64,000 nt of DNA from Candidatus Latescibacterota bacterium (GCA_965222605.1 OZ244960.1:4576001-4640000); one strand, 5' to 3'. Shown: positions 1-9,266, counted from the stretch's first letter. Notes: generated from the sequence alone by a model not told the origin. Program-made: numbers and translations.

Positions 1-2
1 GA

Positions 3-1001
3 CGGCGAGCGTTCGATGATATGCGGGAGTCAGCACGCGGTTGGGAAGGGCGAGTGGCGGCTTTTAAGACGAGTGATACATCGCCCATTTTAGAAAAGGA
101 CCGCAAGGTGACGGCGGAGTGCAGTGCGTTTTTGCAGGATCGGTCGGCGGATGATAAGCCGTTCTTTTTGCTGGCCGGTTATCTGGCGCCGCATTTTCCA
201 TTGACTATTCCAGAAGCGTATTACGCGCCTTACAAAGACAAGGTGCCCATGCCCGAGATTCCCGAGGATTTTTTGGAGACGTTGCCGACCAATTACAAGC
301 ATTTGCGAGCTGGGTTTGGCGTGACAAAGGCGACGCCCGAGCAGACGAAATTGGGGCGCGAGCTTTACTGGGGCTTTGTGAATTGGCTGGACGATGAGAT
401 CGGCAAGTTGCTTTCCGCACTCAATGATTCCGAAGTGGCGGATAATACAATTGTGATTTACTGCACGGATCACGGCGAGAACAAGGGCGATCATGGGTTG
501 TGGTGGAAGAATAATATGTATGAACACGCTTCGCGGATGCCGCTGATTGTGTCTTATCCAAAACGCTGGGCTGGTGGGCAGCGGCGGACGGGTGTGTGTT
601 CACTGGTGGATCTGGCGCAGACAATAGCGGAGATCGGCGGGGCGGAACGGTCAGATGACTGGGATGGCGAGTCGCTGCTCAATTATCTGGACGATGGGAA
701 TAGCGATTGGCGGGATATTGCGGTGAGCGAATACTATGGCCACAATATTGCGTCGGGCATGGCGATGATTCGGCAGGGGCCATGGAAATACGTGTATCAC
801 ACGCGGTTTGACGAGGTGCATGGACCCGAACGCGAGTTGTACAATTTGGAAGAGGATGCCGGGGAATTTAACAATCTGGCAAATGATCCCGCGCAGGCAG
901 ATCGCATCTCGAAATTGCACGATTTGTTGGCGAAGGAGTTGAGACGCGATCCCGAAGAGGCCGAAGCGCAAAGCCGAGCGGATTTGGCGAAGGGGTATTG
1001 A
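3..1001 (+). CDS. Sulfatase-family hydrolase (choline-sulfatase-like), 5' partial
   Basis: PFFL..GY.APHFP, YCTDHGE..GDHGLW.K..MYE.A.R.PLI and ELYNL..D.GE..NLA motifs; frame is open to the window edge. Confidence 0.85.
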   Translation, partial: RRAFDDMRESARGWEGRVAAFKTSDTSPILEKDRKVTAECSAFLQDRSADDKPFFLLAGYLAPHFPLTIPEAYYAPYKDKVPMPEIPEDFLETLPTNYKHLRAGFGVTKATPEQTKLGRELYWGFVNWLDDEIGKLLSALNDSEVADNTIVIYCTDHGENKGDHGLWWKNNMYEHASRMPLIVSYPKRWAGGQRRTGVCSLVDLAQTIAEIGGAERSDDWDGESLLNYLDDGNSDWRDIAVSEYYGHNIASGMAMIRQGPWKYVYHTRFDEVHGPERELYNLEEDAGEFNNLANDPAQADRISKLHDLLAKELRRDPEEAEAQSRADLAKGY

Positions 1002-3103
1002 TGGACCTATCGCTATATGAAATGATCTGGCTGGTCGGCGCGGCGCTTGCCGCCGGGTTGCTCTGGGGCATTTTTGTCTCGGCGATAAAGCGGAAGGGCA
1101 CGCCGCTTCCGCTTTTGTTGTTGATTTCAGCGGGGGCACTCTGGTACACTGGAGACGCGCTGCGCATTTTGATTGAGCAGGCGGCGCCGGATGCTGGTGC
1201 AGTGAATTATGCGGCGCATGTGGCGCGTTTTGGGCTCGATTTTTTGCCTTCTGCGCTGTTGGCAACGGTGCTGGTTTTTGCAGATGAGCACAAGATGGCG
1301 CGTGGGTTGCGGCGGTATCTCCTGCCTATCACTTTTGTGCCGGGGATAATCATTTTTTTGATTGGCATGTCTCAAGCACCGATCAAGCGCGTGAGTTTTA
1401 GCCTGTATGCCATCGCTATGCTTCTGTTTTCGGCGTATCTCTGCCGGGGATTTGCGATGAGGTCGGAGACAGAGGTGCATAAGGTGTTTTACCGTTTGAT
1501 GGCCTTCGCGCTGACGGGTATCGCGGTTTTGACGGTTTTTGCCTATCCGCTTGGGTTGCTCCAAAGTGCTGTTGTGGGGCCGGTGCTCGCTCTGGTGCTT
1601 TTTCTTTCGCCGATCGTGCCGGCGTATATTCTGGGTTATTTTATTTATCGGTACAGCTTTTTCCAGATTGTTGTGAATCCCGCGTTGTTTTATTCTGCGT
1701 TGACAGGTATTGTGTTGACGGTTTATTTGCTTGTGATTCGGCGCGTTGCAGAGGCATTGGGACGTCTGGACAGTGGGTTCAGGGTAGAGGTGGTTGAGGC
1801 TATTTTGATTTCGCTGTTGATTTTTCTGTTTCAGCCAATTAAGAATCGGTTGCAGGGGATAATCAATCGCCTGTTTTTCAGGGCGCGCTACGAATACCAG
1901 CATTTGCTGGGTACGTTGAGTCAAACGCTGAATGTGCCGCACGCGCTGGAGAGGCGGTTGAAGTCGGTGGTAGATGCGGTTGGAACTGTATTGAAGGTAC
2001 ACGCTGTTTCGCTGGTGGTGTTCGAGTACGAGGAGGGGCGGGTCAGTCAGGTGGAGGTGATCGCAAGCAGTGGTTTGCCAGGGTTTGATCCATCACCCAC
2101 GCCGTTTGAGGGAGAAGACGGGAGGCAGATCGAAGCGGTGGTCGGCTGGCTGTTGGCTCACCGCCGCCCGCTGGATGTAGGCGATTTGCACTATCCGGCA
2201 CTTACTGCAATACTGGCAAAGCAAGGGGTTGAATTGTGTATTCCGGTGTTGCAAGAGGAAAAGCCGGTTGGTTTGCTCTGTCTGAGTGAGAAGAAACGCG
2301 GGGGATCTTTTTCGTCTGAAGAATGGGATTTGCTCGGTACGCTTTGCAATCAGATTGCATTGGCGGTTGAAAATACGCGCCTGGTGGAGCGGCGGTTGCA
2401 ATTGGAGCGGCAGATGTACGAGGCGGAGCGGCTTTCGGCGTTGGGGTTGCTTTCGGCGAGTATTGCGCACGAGGTGAAGAATCCCCTGAGTTCGATCAAG
2501 GCGATTGCGACTGTGTTGCGGGAGGATTTGCAAGATGACCAGACAAAGGTGGGCGATTTGTCTGTGGTGTTGCGCGAGATTGATCGGCTAAACCGCGTGG
2601 TAGATCGCTTGCTCAGATTTGCCCAACCCAAGCAGGACGATGGGTTTCAGGCGTTGGACCTGAAGGCTGTGCTGGAAGATGTGGTGTTGATTTTGTTTCA
2701 CGAGGCGGAGCGACACGGCGTGGAGATCTGTTTTGAGGTGGCGGATGGTCTCGTGGTGAAGGGCGATCCAGAGGATTTAAAGGAAGTGTTTTTCAATTTG
2801 ATTTTGAACGGTATTCAGGCTATGGAAGGCGATTGCACAGAGCGGCGGTTGACGGTGCAGGCGCGGCGGTTGCACGGCGGTGTGGAGGTGCGGGTGTTGG
2901 ATACAGGGTCGGGGATTTCAGAGGAAGGTCAGGCTCGTATTTTTGAGCCGTTTTTCACGACGAAGGCTTCGGGCACGGGCTTGGGGCTTGCGATTGTGAA
3001 GCGCGATGTGGAGCGGATGGGAGGTGCGATTGAGGTGGCAAATGCAGATGGCGCGGGGGCGGTGTTTGCGGTTCAACTTCCCGGGGGGGACGATGCAGTA
3101 TAA
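998..3103 (+). CDS. Membrane sensor histidine kinase (multi-TM N-terminus, GAF, HisKA, HATPase); PrsK-like architecture
   Basis: Hydrophobic N-terminal third; GAF-like segment; SIAHEVKNPL H-box; NLILNGIQA, DTGSGI, FEPFFTTK and GTGLGL boxes. Confidence 0.92.
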   Translation: MMDLSLYEMIWLVGAALAAGLLWGIFVSAIKRKGTPLPLLLLISAGALWYTGDALRILIEQAAPDAGAVNYAAHVARFGLDFLPSALLATVLVFADEHKMARGLRRYLLPITFVPGIIIFLIGMSQAPIKRVSFSLYAIAMLLFSAYLCRGFAMRSETEVHKVFYRLMAFALTGIAVLTVFAYPLGLLQSAVVGPVLALVLFLSPIVPAYILGYFIYRYSFFQIVVNPALFYSALTGIVLTVYLLVIRRVAEALGRLDSGFRVEVVEAILISLLIFLFQPIKNRLQGIINRLFFRARYEYQHLLGTLSQTLNVPHALERRLKSVVDAVGTVLKVHAVSLVVFEYEEGRVSQVEVIASSGLPGFDPSPTPFEGEDGRQIEAVVGWLLAHRRPLDVGDLHYPALTAILAKQGVELCIPVLQEEKPVGLLCLSEKKRGGSFSSEEWDLLGTLCNQIALAVENTRLVERRLQLERQMYEAERLSALGLLSASIAHEVKNPLSSIKAIATVLREDLQDDQTKVGDLSVVLREIDRLNRVVDRLLRFAQPKQDDGFQALDLKAVLEDVVLILFHEAERHGVEICFEVADGLVVKGDPEDLKEVFFNLILNGIQAMEGDCTERRLTVQARRLHGGVEVRVLDTGSGISEEGQARIFEPFFTTKASGTGLGLAIVKRDVERMGGAIEVANADGAGAVFAVQLPGGDDAV

Positions 3104-4484
3104 AATTCTGGTTGTGGATGATGACCCTGCGGCGCGGTATGGGTTGAAGCGGGCACTGGCGGTGCTGGGGTGTGAGATTGTCGAAGCAGAGGATGGGGTG
3201 GCTGCGCTGGCGGCTGTGGCGCAGGGCAATCCCGATTTGTTGATTTGCGATATCCAGATGCCGAAGATGGATGGGTTGACGCTGGTGAAGCGATTGGCTG
3301 ATCAGGGGGATGCGCGACCGGTTATTGTGATTACGGCGTATGGGTCGGAGCGGATTGCGGTGGAGGCGATGAAGGCGGGTGCGTACGATTATTTGAGCAA
3401 GCCCTACGATGTGGATGAGCTTCGCTGTTTGGTGGAGAATGTGCTGGAGACGGTGCGGTTGCGGCGGGAGAATGAGACGCTTCGCAACGCGCTTCGGCAG
3501 CAGTCGGGGTTCGGGTTGTTGATTGGTCGCAGCCGCGCGATGGAGAAGGTTTATGATTTGATCGGCAAGGTGGCTACGACCGATGCAGGGGTGCTGATTA
3601 GCGGGGAGAGTGGTACGGGAAAGGAATTGGTTGCGCGGGCGATTCACGAGCAGAGCGGGCGAAAGGCGTGGCCTTTTGTCGCGGTGAATGCGGCAGCGCT
3701 GCCGACGGAGTTGATCGAGAGCGAGTTGTTCGGGCATGAGAGAGGTGCATTTACCGGGGCGACTGCGCGGCGGCAGGGCAAGTTTGAGCTTGCGGATGGG
3801 GGGACCCTGTTTTTAGACGAGATCGGCGATATGCACGTCGAGACGCAGGCGAAGTTGTTGCGCGTGTTGGAGGAGCAACAATTTGAGCGCCTGGGCGGTT
3901 CGGAGACGGTGACGGTCGATGTGCGGATTATCAGCGCGACGAATAAGGATTTGCCGGTGGAAATTGCGGAAGGACGGTTTCGGGAGGATCTTTTTTATCG
4001 CTTAAAGGTGGTGGATATTTTTTTGCCGCCTTTGCGGGATCGGCGCGAGGATATTCCGTTGCTTGTTCAGCATTTTTTGGCGCGTTTTAATGAACAGCAC
4101 GGCAAGGCGATGGCAGATGTGCCGCCGGATGTGATGAAGATGCTGATGGTGTATGCATGGCCGGGCAATATACGGGAGTTGATGCACGCGGTTGAGCGGG
4201 CGGTTATTTTTTCAGATGGGTCCGAGTTGAGTCGCGATTTGCTTCCTCAGGAGGTTCGGGGCGTTGAGTCTGTGGAGAGCGAGGAGTCTGTCTGGCGAGA
4301 TGGGGTGTTTTTTCAAGATGCAAAGCATGAGGTTGTGCAGTCTTTTGAGGTTGCGTTTATTCGATCCGCCTTAGAATACTACAATGGCAATATCAGCCGT
4401 ACGGCACCGGCTATTGGTATGAAACGGCAGGCGTTGCAACAGAAGTTGAAGGAGCACGGGATCGATCCCGGGATTTATCGGTAA
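3093..4484 (+). CDS. Sigma-54-dependent NtrC-family response regulator
   Basis: Receiver ILVVDDD...DIQMPKMDG; Walker A GESGTGKE; GAFTGA; WPGNIREL; C-terminal Fis-like HTH; ATG at 3093 overlaps the kinase end. Confidence 0.95.
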   Translation: MQYKILVVDDDPAARYGLKRALAVLGCEIVEAEDGVAALAAVAQGNPDLLICDIQMPKMDGLTLVKRLADQGDARPVIVITAYGSERIAVEAMKAGAYDYLSKPYDVDELRCLVENVLETVRLRRENETLRNALRQQSGFGLLIGRSRAMEKVYDLIGKVATTDAGVLISGESGTGKELVARAIHEQSGRKAWPFVAVNAAALPTELIESELFGHERGAFTGATARRQGKFELADGGTLFLDEIGDMHVETQAKLLRVLEEQQFERLGGSETVTVDVRIISATNKDLPVEIAEGRFREDLFYRLKVVDIFLPPLRDRREDIPLLVQHFLARFNEQHGKAMADVPPDVMKMLMVYAWPGNIRELMHAVERAVIFSDGSELSRDLLPQEVRGVESVESEESVWRDGVFFQDAKHEVVQSFEVAFIRSALEYYNGNISRTAPAIGMKRQALQQKLKEHGIDPGIYR

Positions 4485-4509
4485 TAAAATTTTCAATCTG
4501 TTTGACGAG

Positions 4510-4543
4510 TCCGGAGATACACATTGTGTCTCCGGATTTTTTT
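4510..4543 (+). terminator. Rho-independent terminator after the response regulator
   Basis: TCCGGAGATAC-ACATT-GTGTCTCCGGA followed by T7; identical copy at 24372-24405. Confidence 0.8.
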
Positions 4544-4553
4544 GTGTCTGTCA

Positions 4554-4591
4554 TGCAATACGGGGTTTGCAGGTGCAATATAGGATTTGCA
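4554..4591 (+). promoter_or_regulatory. Tandem enhancer (UAS) sites TGCAATA-N5-TTTGCA, copy 1
   Basis: TGCAATACGGGGTTTGCA (4554-4571) and TGCAATATAGGATTTGCA (4574-4591), 20 bp period, upstream of a -24/-12 promoter. Confidence 0.75.
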
Positions 4592-4653
4592 GTATTTGGA
4601 GGATTTTGGGGTGGATAGCAGGGAAAATGGCCTTTTCAGGGGTAAAACGGTTT

Positions 4654-4669
4654 TGGCACAGGATTTGCA
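4654..4669 (+). promoter_or_regulatory. Sigma-54 -24/-12 promoter, copy 1
   Basis: TGGCAC-AGGAT-TTGCA matches the TGGCAC-N5-TTGC consensus. Confidence 0.85.
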
Positions 4670-4693
4670 TATGACGTGTTGTGACCGAGTAGT

Positions 4694-4747
4694 AAGCAGG
4701 CTGATGCGGTTCCGAAAAATGATAGCCTTCAGCAGGTGGAGATATAG
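4694..4747 (+). pseudogene. 3' remnant of the flippase-like gene (paralog of 26219-26272)
   Basis: Encodes KQADAVPKNDSLQQVEI* versus KRADEMPENDSLQQVEI* at the end of 25262-26272. Confidence 0.85.
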
Positions 4748-4763
4748 CAAAATTGCTGCCTGA

Positions 4764-4920
4764 TTCTGTCCAAATTATTGAATGTGACTACTCCCAACGC
4801 TAAAGCGCTCTGCGAGTGGGCTTCTTGGCGGTCAAACCGCCTGACGTTGTAGCCCCAACGTCAATATGTTTATGGCAGCATTGAGGTCTCTGTCTGCTGT
4901 ATAGCCACACTGTTTGCAAT
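4764..4920 (-). ncRNA. Predicted omegaRNA/reRNA of TnpB (5' boundary approximate)
   Basis: Position expected from known TnpB biology: overlaps the tnpB 3' end and right end; guide would be the flank ATTCAATAATTTGGACAGAA. Confidence 0.55.
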
Positions 4921-6160
4921 GATGCACACGATCAGAGAGTTTTTTCTTTTCTCTATGTCCGCATGCCGAGCAATCTTGTGACGTGTATTCAGGCTTGACG
5001 GCCTTGAATCCAATACCAGCCTCTTCCGCTTTGTATTCGAGACAGTGCCGAAACAGGGACCATGCTGCGTCTGCTATTGATTTAGACAATCGCCCGTTCT
5101 TTTGCATCTTTTGAACTTTCAACTTCTCGACGGCTATGAAGCCGTAGCGATTGACCATTTTTCTTGATTCTTGATGGGCAAAGTTATGTCGCTTATTACG
5201 GATACGCTCATGCACTCTGGCAATGACTTTACGTCGCTTTTCTCTTACGGCGTCAGTTTTAGGTCTTTTTTTCACCGCGTCCCATTTGCGCTGTGCTTTG
5301 GCAAGCGTCTTTTCTTCTTTGCGAAAGAATCGCTGGTTGGCTATTGTCTGCCCGTCACTGGTTACAGCAAAGGAATTGAGACCCACGTCAATGCCAACAG
5401 CAGAGTTAGTATCGGTTTTCTTACTTATGTCGCCAATATCACAAGGGATAGATGCATACCATTTACCCGTCGCCGTGCGAGTGATAGTGCAAGACTTTGC
5501 AATGCCGCCGAGAGGTCTATGCTGGACAACGCGAATACAGCCTATTTTGCTCAATCGCAAGCCCTTGCCGTCCAATCGGCAACCGCTGGAAAAATTAGGA
5601 TAGGTAATAGAATCATAGCGATTCTGTCCCTTATATCTGGGAAAGCCAGCTTTCTCGCCAGTCTTTGCCCTCTCTTTGAAGCGACGAAAGAAACCTTTGA
5701 ACGCCAAATCCACTCTTGCTGATACTTGTTGCAATACCTGACTATATACTTGCGTAAATTCAGCATGTTGTTGCTTCAGCAATGGTATCGTATTCGTTTG
5801 GTCATACTTTGACAGGGACTTATTCTCATTTTTCCATGCTTGCTTTCTGGCACAGAGGAGTTGGTTGTAGAGAATGCGACATTCGTCAATATGTGCCAGC
5901 AAGATTTTCTCTTGCTTTTTGGTCGGGCGCAATCTGTATTTAAATGACTTAACCATAAGTAAAATATATATTTATATGCCTTTTCTGTCAAGCAAAACTA
6001 AAGGACTATTCTTGTTGATTCACCGCCCACATTGTCTTGAACAATGTGCCGCCATGCTAAAGCACCAACCCATAGATTCGTAGAGCCACTTGCAAAACAA
6101 CGCTCGCTAACTCGCGTCTGTTTCCCAACGCTAAAGCTGTTGGGTTTTACGGGCTATCCG
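4784..6160 (-). mobile_element. IS200/IS605-family element carrying only tnpB (IS1341-type)
   Basis: tnpB ORF; subterminal CCCAACGCTAAAGC hairpin motif at both ends (4793, 6124); right end ...GGGAGTAGTCAC; left end preceded by TTTAT; no tnpA. Confidence 0.75.
4832..5956 (-). CDS. tnpB: RNA-guided endonuclease TnpB
   Basis: N-terminal FKYRLRPT; RuvC I GIDVG, RuvC II AVEKL, zinc finger CSACG...CKQCG, RuvC III DRDLNAAINI; all catalytic residues present. Confidence 0.95.
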   Translation of the reverse strand: MVKSFKYRLRPTKKQEKILLAHIDECRILYNQLLCARKQAWKNENKSLSKYDQTNTIPLLKQQHAEFTQVYSQVLQQVSARVDLAFKGFFRRFKERAKTGEKAGFPRYKGQNRYDSITYPNFSSGCRLDGKGLRLSKIGCIRVVQHRPLGGIAKSCTITRTATGKWYASIPCDIGDISKKTDTNSAVGIDVGLNSFAVTSDGQTIANQRFFRKEEKTLAKAQRKWDAVKKRPKTDAVREKRRKVIARVHERIRNKRHNFAHQESRKMVNRYGFIAVEKLKVQKMQKNGRLSKSIADAAWSLFRHCLEYKAEEAGIGFKAVKPEYTSQDCSACGHREKKKLSDRVHHCKQCGYTADRDLNAAINILTLGLQRQAV

Positions 6161-6212
6161 ATAAATTATATAAAAAGTATTTGAAAAACCGCGGGAATGA
6201 TATATTTTATTT

Positions 6213-6351
6213 TTGTCAACAGTCAAGCAGGTACCGTTATGTCGGGTATCTGCTGAATACAATAACCGAGTATAGACATGGACTGATCCCCCATGTTTCG
6301 GTAAATAGGTAGGACATTCCCGCATTTCTATTCCTGCGTGACTGTTGACAA
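6213..6351. repeat. 19-bp inverted repeat enclosing hairpins, upstream of a WD40 gene
   Basis: TTGTCAACAGTCAAGCAGG (6213-6231) versus CCTGCGTGACTGTTGACAA (6333-6351), 18/19 complementary. Confidence 0.7.
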
Positions 6352-6410
6352 TGCCCGGCACCCCTTTTTTGGGGTGTCGATGTCAACTCGTTACACTGCG
6401 TCTTGCGTAG

Positions 6411-8516
6411 ATGAGGAACGAAATGCGATTTTTTTGTACGGTACAAAAGCTGATTTTGATTTCTGCACTCCTGTCCATCCCACTTCTGATTTATCCCTCA
6501 TCTCTGACCCTGCGGGCCAACGCCGCGCTACAACCAACCCTGAAATCTGACTTTGATGCAGATGGTAGCGTTGGATTTTCCGACTTTTTGCTATTTGTAG
6601 AATTGTTTGAGGCCAATCGAGGTGATGAGCTATATCAAGCCAGGTACGATCTGGATGATGACGGCACCATTGGGTTTGGCGATTTTTTGATCTTTGTCAA
6701 CGACTTTGGCAAAGTAATATCACCTCGTCCTTATTATCAGACGATGAACCTACCCGATGGCGCAATCGCCCGCTTGGGAAAAGGAGATATTTCTTATTCT
6801 GAAGTCGCGTTCTCGCCCAATGGAGAACAGTTAGCTGTGGCAAGTAACATTGGCATTTGGCTTTACGATGTGGCAACCACCTGTGAAGTCGCGCTACTCA
6901 CTGAACATGAATATACGCCTTGGATCGAGGCTGTCGTATTCTCGCCTGATGGGGCTACGATCGCTTCTACGGAATACCACACAGTCAAACTGCGGGATGC
7001 CAAAACAGGACGACTAACTGCCACGCTTGGACATAACCGTGGTGTATTCACTGTCGCATTCTCGCCTGATGGGGCGACAGTCGCTTCGGCTGGATACGCC
7101 CCGGTTACGCTCTGGGATGCCAAAACAGGACACATGATTGCCACACTTGAAGGACCTGATTCTATCGTCCTCTCTGTTGCGTTCTCACCTGATGGCACCA
7201 CGATCGCTTCGGGGGGACACGACAACACAGTCAGGCTGTGGGATACCAAAACAGGACGCCTGATCTCTACACTCGAAAGACATTGGGATGACGTTACCTC
7301 TGTTGCGTTCTCACCTGATGGCACAACACTCGCCTCGGCGTCACGAGACGACACAGTCAAACTGTGGGATACCAAAACAGGACGCCTGAAGGCTACACTT
7401 GAAGGACATACGTCTGCCGTCCACTCAGTCGCATTCTCACCCGATGGTACCACAATCGCTTCTGGGGCACAAGATTACACAGTCAGGCTGTGGGATGCCG
7501 AAACAGGACGCCTGACCGCCACACTTCAAGGGCATACAGATGGCGTTCACTCTGTCGCATTTTTACCCGATGGCACGATACTCGCCTCGTTGTCACTAGA
7601 CGGCACAGTCAAACTGTGGGATACCAAAACAGGACGCCTGATCTCTACACTCGAAGGACATACGTCTACCGTCCACTCAGTCGCATTCTCACCTGATGGG
7701 ACCACGATCATTTCAGGGTCAGGAGCATCTGATGACATAGCCAGTATTTGGGATGCCGAAACAGGACACCTGAAGGCTACACTTGAAGGACATACGTCCT
7801 GGATCACTTCTGTCGCGTTCTCACCCGATGGTACCACAATCGCTTCTGGAGCACAAGATTACACAGTCAGGCTGTGGGATGCCGAAACAGGACGACTGAC
7901 CGCCACACTTCAAGGGCATACGGGTAGAGTTACCTCTGTGGCATTCTCACCCGATGGTACCACGATCGTTTCGGGGGCAATAGATGGCACTGTTAGACTG
8001 TGGGATGTCGAAACAGGACGACTGACTACCACCCTCGAACATATAGATTGGCTCAACTCTGTGGCATTCTCACCCGATGGCACTACACTCGCTACGGGGG
8101 TAGGTGATGGCACTGTTAGACTGTGGGATGTCGAAACAGGACGACTGACTACCACCCTCGAACATATAGATTGGCTCAACTCTGTTGCGTTCTCACCCGA
8201 TGGTACCACGATCGCTGCAGCGGGAGGGTGGTCTGTTAGTCTCTGGGATGTCGAAACGGGACGCCTGAATGCCACACTCGAACATATACGGGACATTGGC
8301 AACCTCGTCTATGTTGCGTTCTCGCCTGACGGCAAGACTATTGCTTCGGTGGGACAAAAAACGATCAATCTTTGGAATACCGACACAGGACACCTGATCT
8401 CCACATTTGAAGGGCATACATCTAATATCACTTCTGCGTCATTTTCGCCCGATGGGACAATAATCGCGTCAAGTTCATGGGATGGCACGATTCTCCTGTG
8501 GGCATTGCTTAAGTGA
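6411..8516 (+). CDS. Secreted WD40-repeat protein with an N-terminal paired EF-hand/dockerin-like module
   Basis: Signal-like N-terminus; DFDADGSVGFSDF...DLDDDGTIGFGDF (6549-6713); about 14 GH...SVAFSPDG...LWD repeats. Confidence 0.9.
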   Translation: MRNEMRFFCTVQKLILISALLSIPLLIYPSSLTLRANAALQPTLKSDFDADGSVGFSDFLLFVELFEANRGDELYQARYDLDDDGTIGFGDFLIFVNDFGKVISPRPYYQTMNLPDGAIARLGKGDISYSEVAFSPNGEQLAVASNIGIWLYDVATTCEVALLTEHEYTPWIEAVVFSPDGATIASTEYHTVKLRDAKTGRLTATLGHNRGVFTVAFSPDGATVASAGYAPVTLWDAKTGHMIATLEGPDSIVLSVAFSPDGTTIASGGHDNTVRLWDTKTGRLISTLERHWDDVTSVAFSPDGTTLASASRDDTVKLWDTKTGRLKATLEGHTSAVHSVAFSPDGTTIASGAQDYTVRLWDAETGRLTATLQGHTDGVHSVAFLPDGTILASLSLDGTVKLWDTKTGRLISTLEGHTSTVHSVAFSPDGTTIISGSGASDDIASIWDAETGHLKATLEGHTSWITSVAFSPDGTTIASGAQDYTVRLWDAETGRLTATLQGHTGRVTSVAFSPDGTTIVSGAIDGTVRLWDVETGRLTTTLEHIDWLNSVAFSPDGTTLATGVGDGTVRLWDVETGRLTTTLEHIDWLNSVAFSPDGTTIAAAGGWSVSLWDVETGRLNATLEHIRDIGNLVYVAFSPDGKTIASVGQKTINLWNTDTGHLISTFEGHTSNITSASFSPDGTIIASSSWDGTILLWALLK

Positions 8517-8641
8517 CATAGTACAAATATTCTTCGATTCAGATGCCGGCAAAAAAGACCAGGAGATTAGGGAATTACTCCACAAGACATCGGTGATATC
8601 CTGCCCTTGTCAGGGGGCAAGACGAAACGCGAGGTGATGTC

Positions 8642-9194
8642 ATGAGAATAGAATGCAAGATACTCAGGGTAAGCGCGTGCTTTTTTGCGTTGCTCTGTCT
8701 CTCATCTGCTGGATATGTCGCAGTATGTCACACCTGTGGTCTATATGCCCGATGCTAACCTTCGAGTAGTTATTCGAGATGTGCTGGGCAAGTCGCCTTT
8801 TGCACCTATTACTACGACGGATATGGCGAGTTTGACTGCTCTGGATGCGAGCAATCGCAATATCCGCGATTTGGACGGGCTTGAGTTTGCAACCAATCTG
8901 ACCGAGTTGAATCTTGTGGATAATCGGTTGAGTTCGTTGTCTATCAACACGCATATTCCAGCGCTTCAGGACAGAGGTGTTGAGGTCTTGTTTGACAAGA
9001 CGCCAACACCCGATTTCGATGGTGATGGTGTTGTTGGCTTTGCCGATTTTTTGCTTTTTGTGGCGCAGTTCGGGTTCAGTGAGGACGATGAGGGTTATGA
9101 CGTGTGGTTTGATCTGGATGGCGATGGCACAATTGGATTCGGGGATTTTCTGATTTTTGCCAATGCCTTTGGCAAAGCCGTATCGTCAAATTGA
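8642..9194 (+). pseudogene. Internally deleted, frameshifted paralog of the 13202-18046 protein
   Basis: Signal peptide MRIECKILRVSACFFALLCLSSAGY joined out of frame at GGATATG (8711-8717) to the LRR and dockerin-like tail; the signal-peptide frame stops at 8758. Confidence 0.85.
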
Positions 9195-9230
9195 TGGTAT
9201 CGAAAGCATCTTAAAAGATAAAGTGCCAAA

Positions 9231-9266
9231 AAAGGGCTTCGCGCCGCGCTCACGTTTAATTTTTAA
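9231..9266 (+). pseudogene. Remnant 3' end KGLRAALTFNF* (paralog of 28065-28100)
   Basis: 33/36 nt identical; the differences are synonymous or a TAA/TGA swap. Confidence 0.8.

Noticed and set aside
3083-3089. G7 tract as a phase-variation switch
   Set aside because: Short and located in the last codons of the kinase, so slippage would change little
4493-4750. Minus-strand ORFs at 4493-4750 and 24122-24523 as a duplicated gene
   Set aside because: Their similarity comes from the duplicated promoter region and the frames are not conserved
5957-6160. tnpA remnant upstream of tnpB
   Set aside because: No HUH or Y1 motif recognisable in the ORFs there
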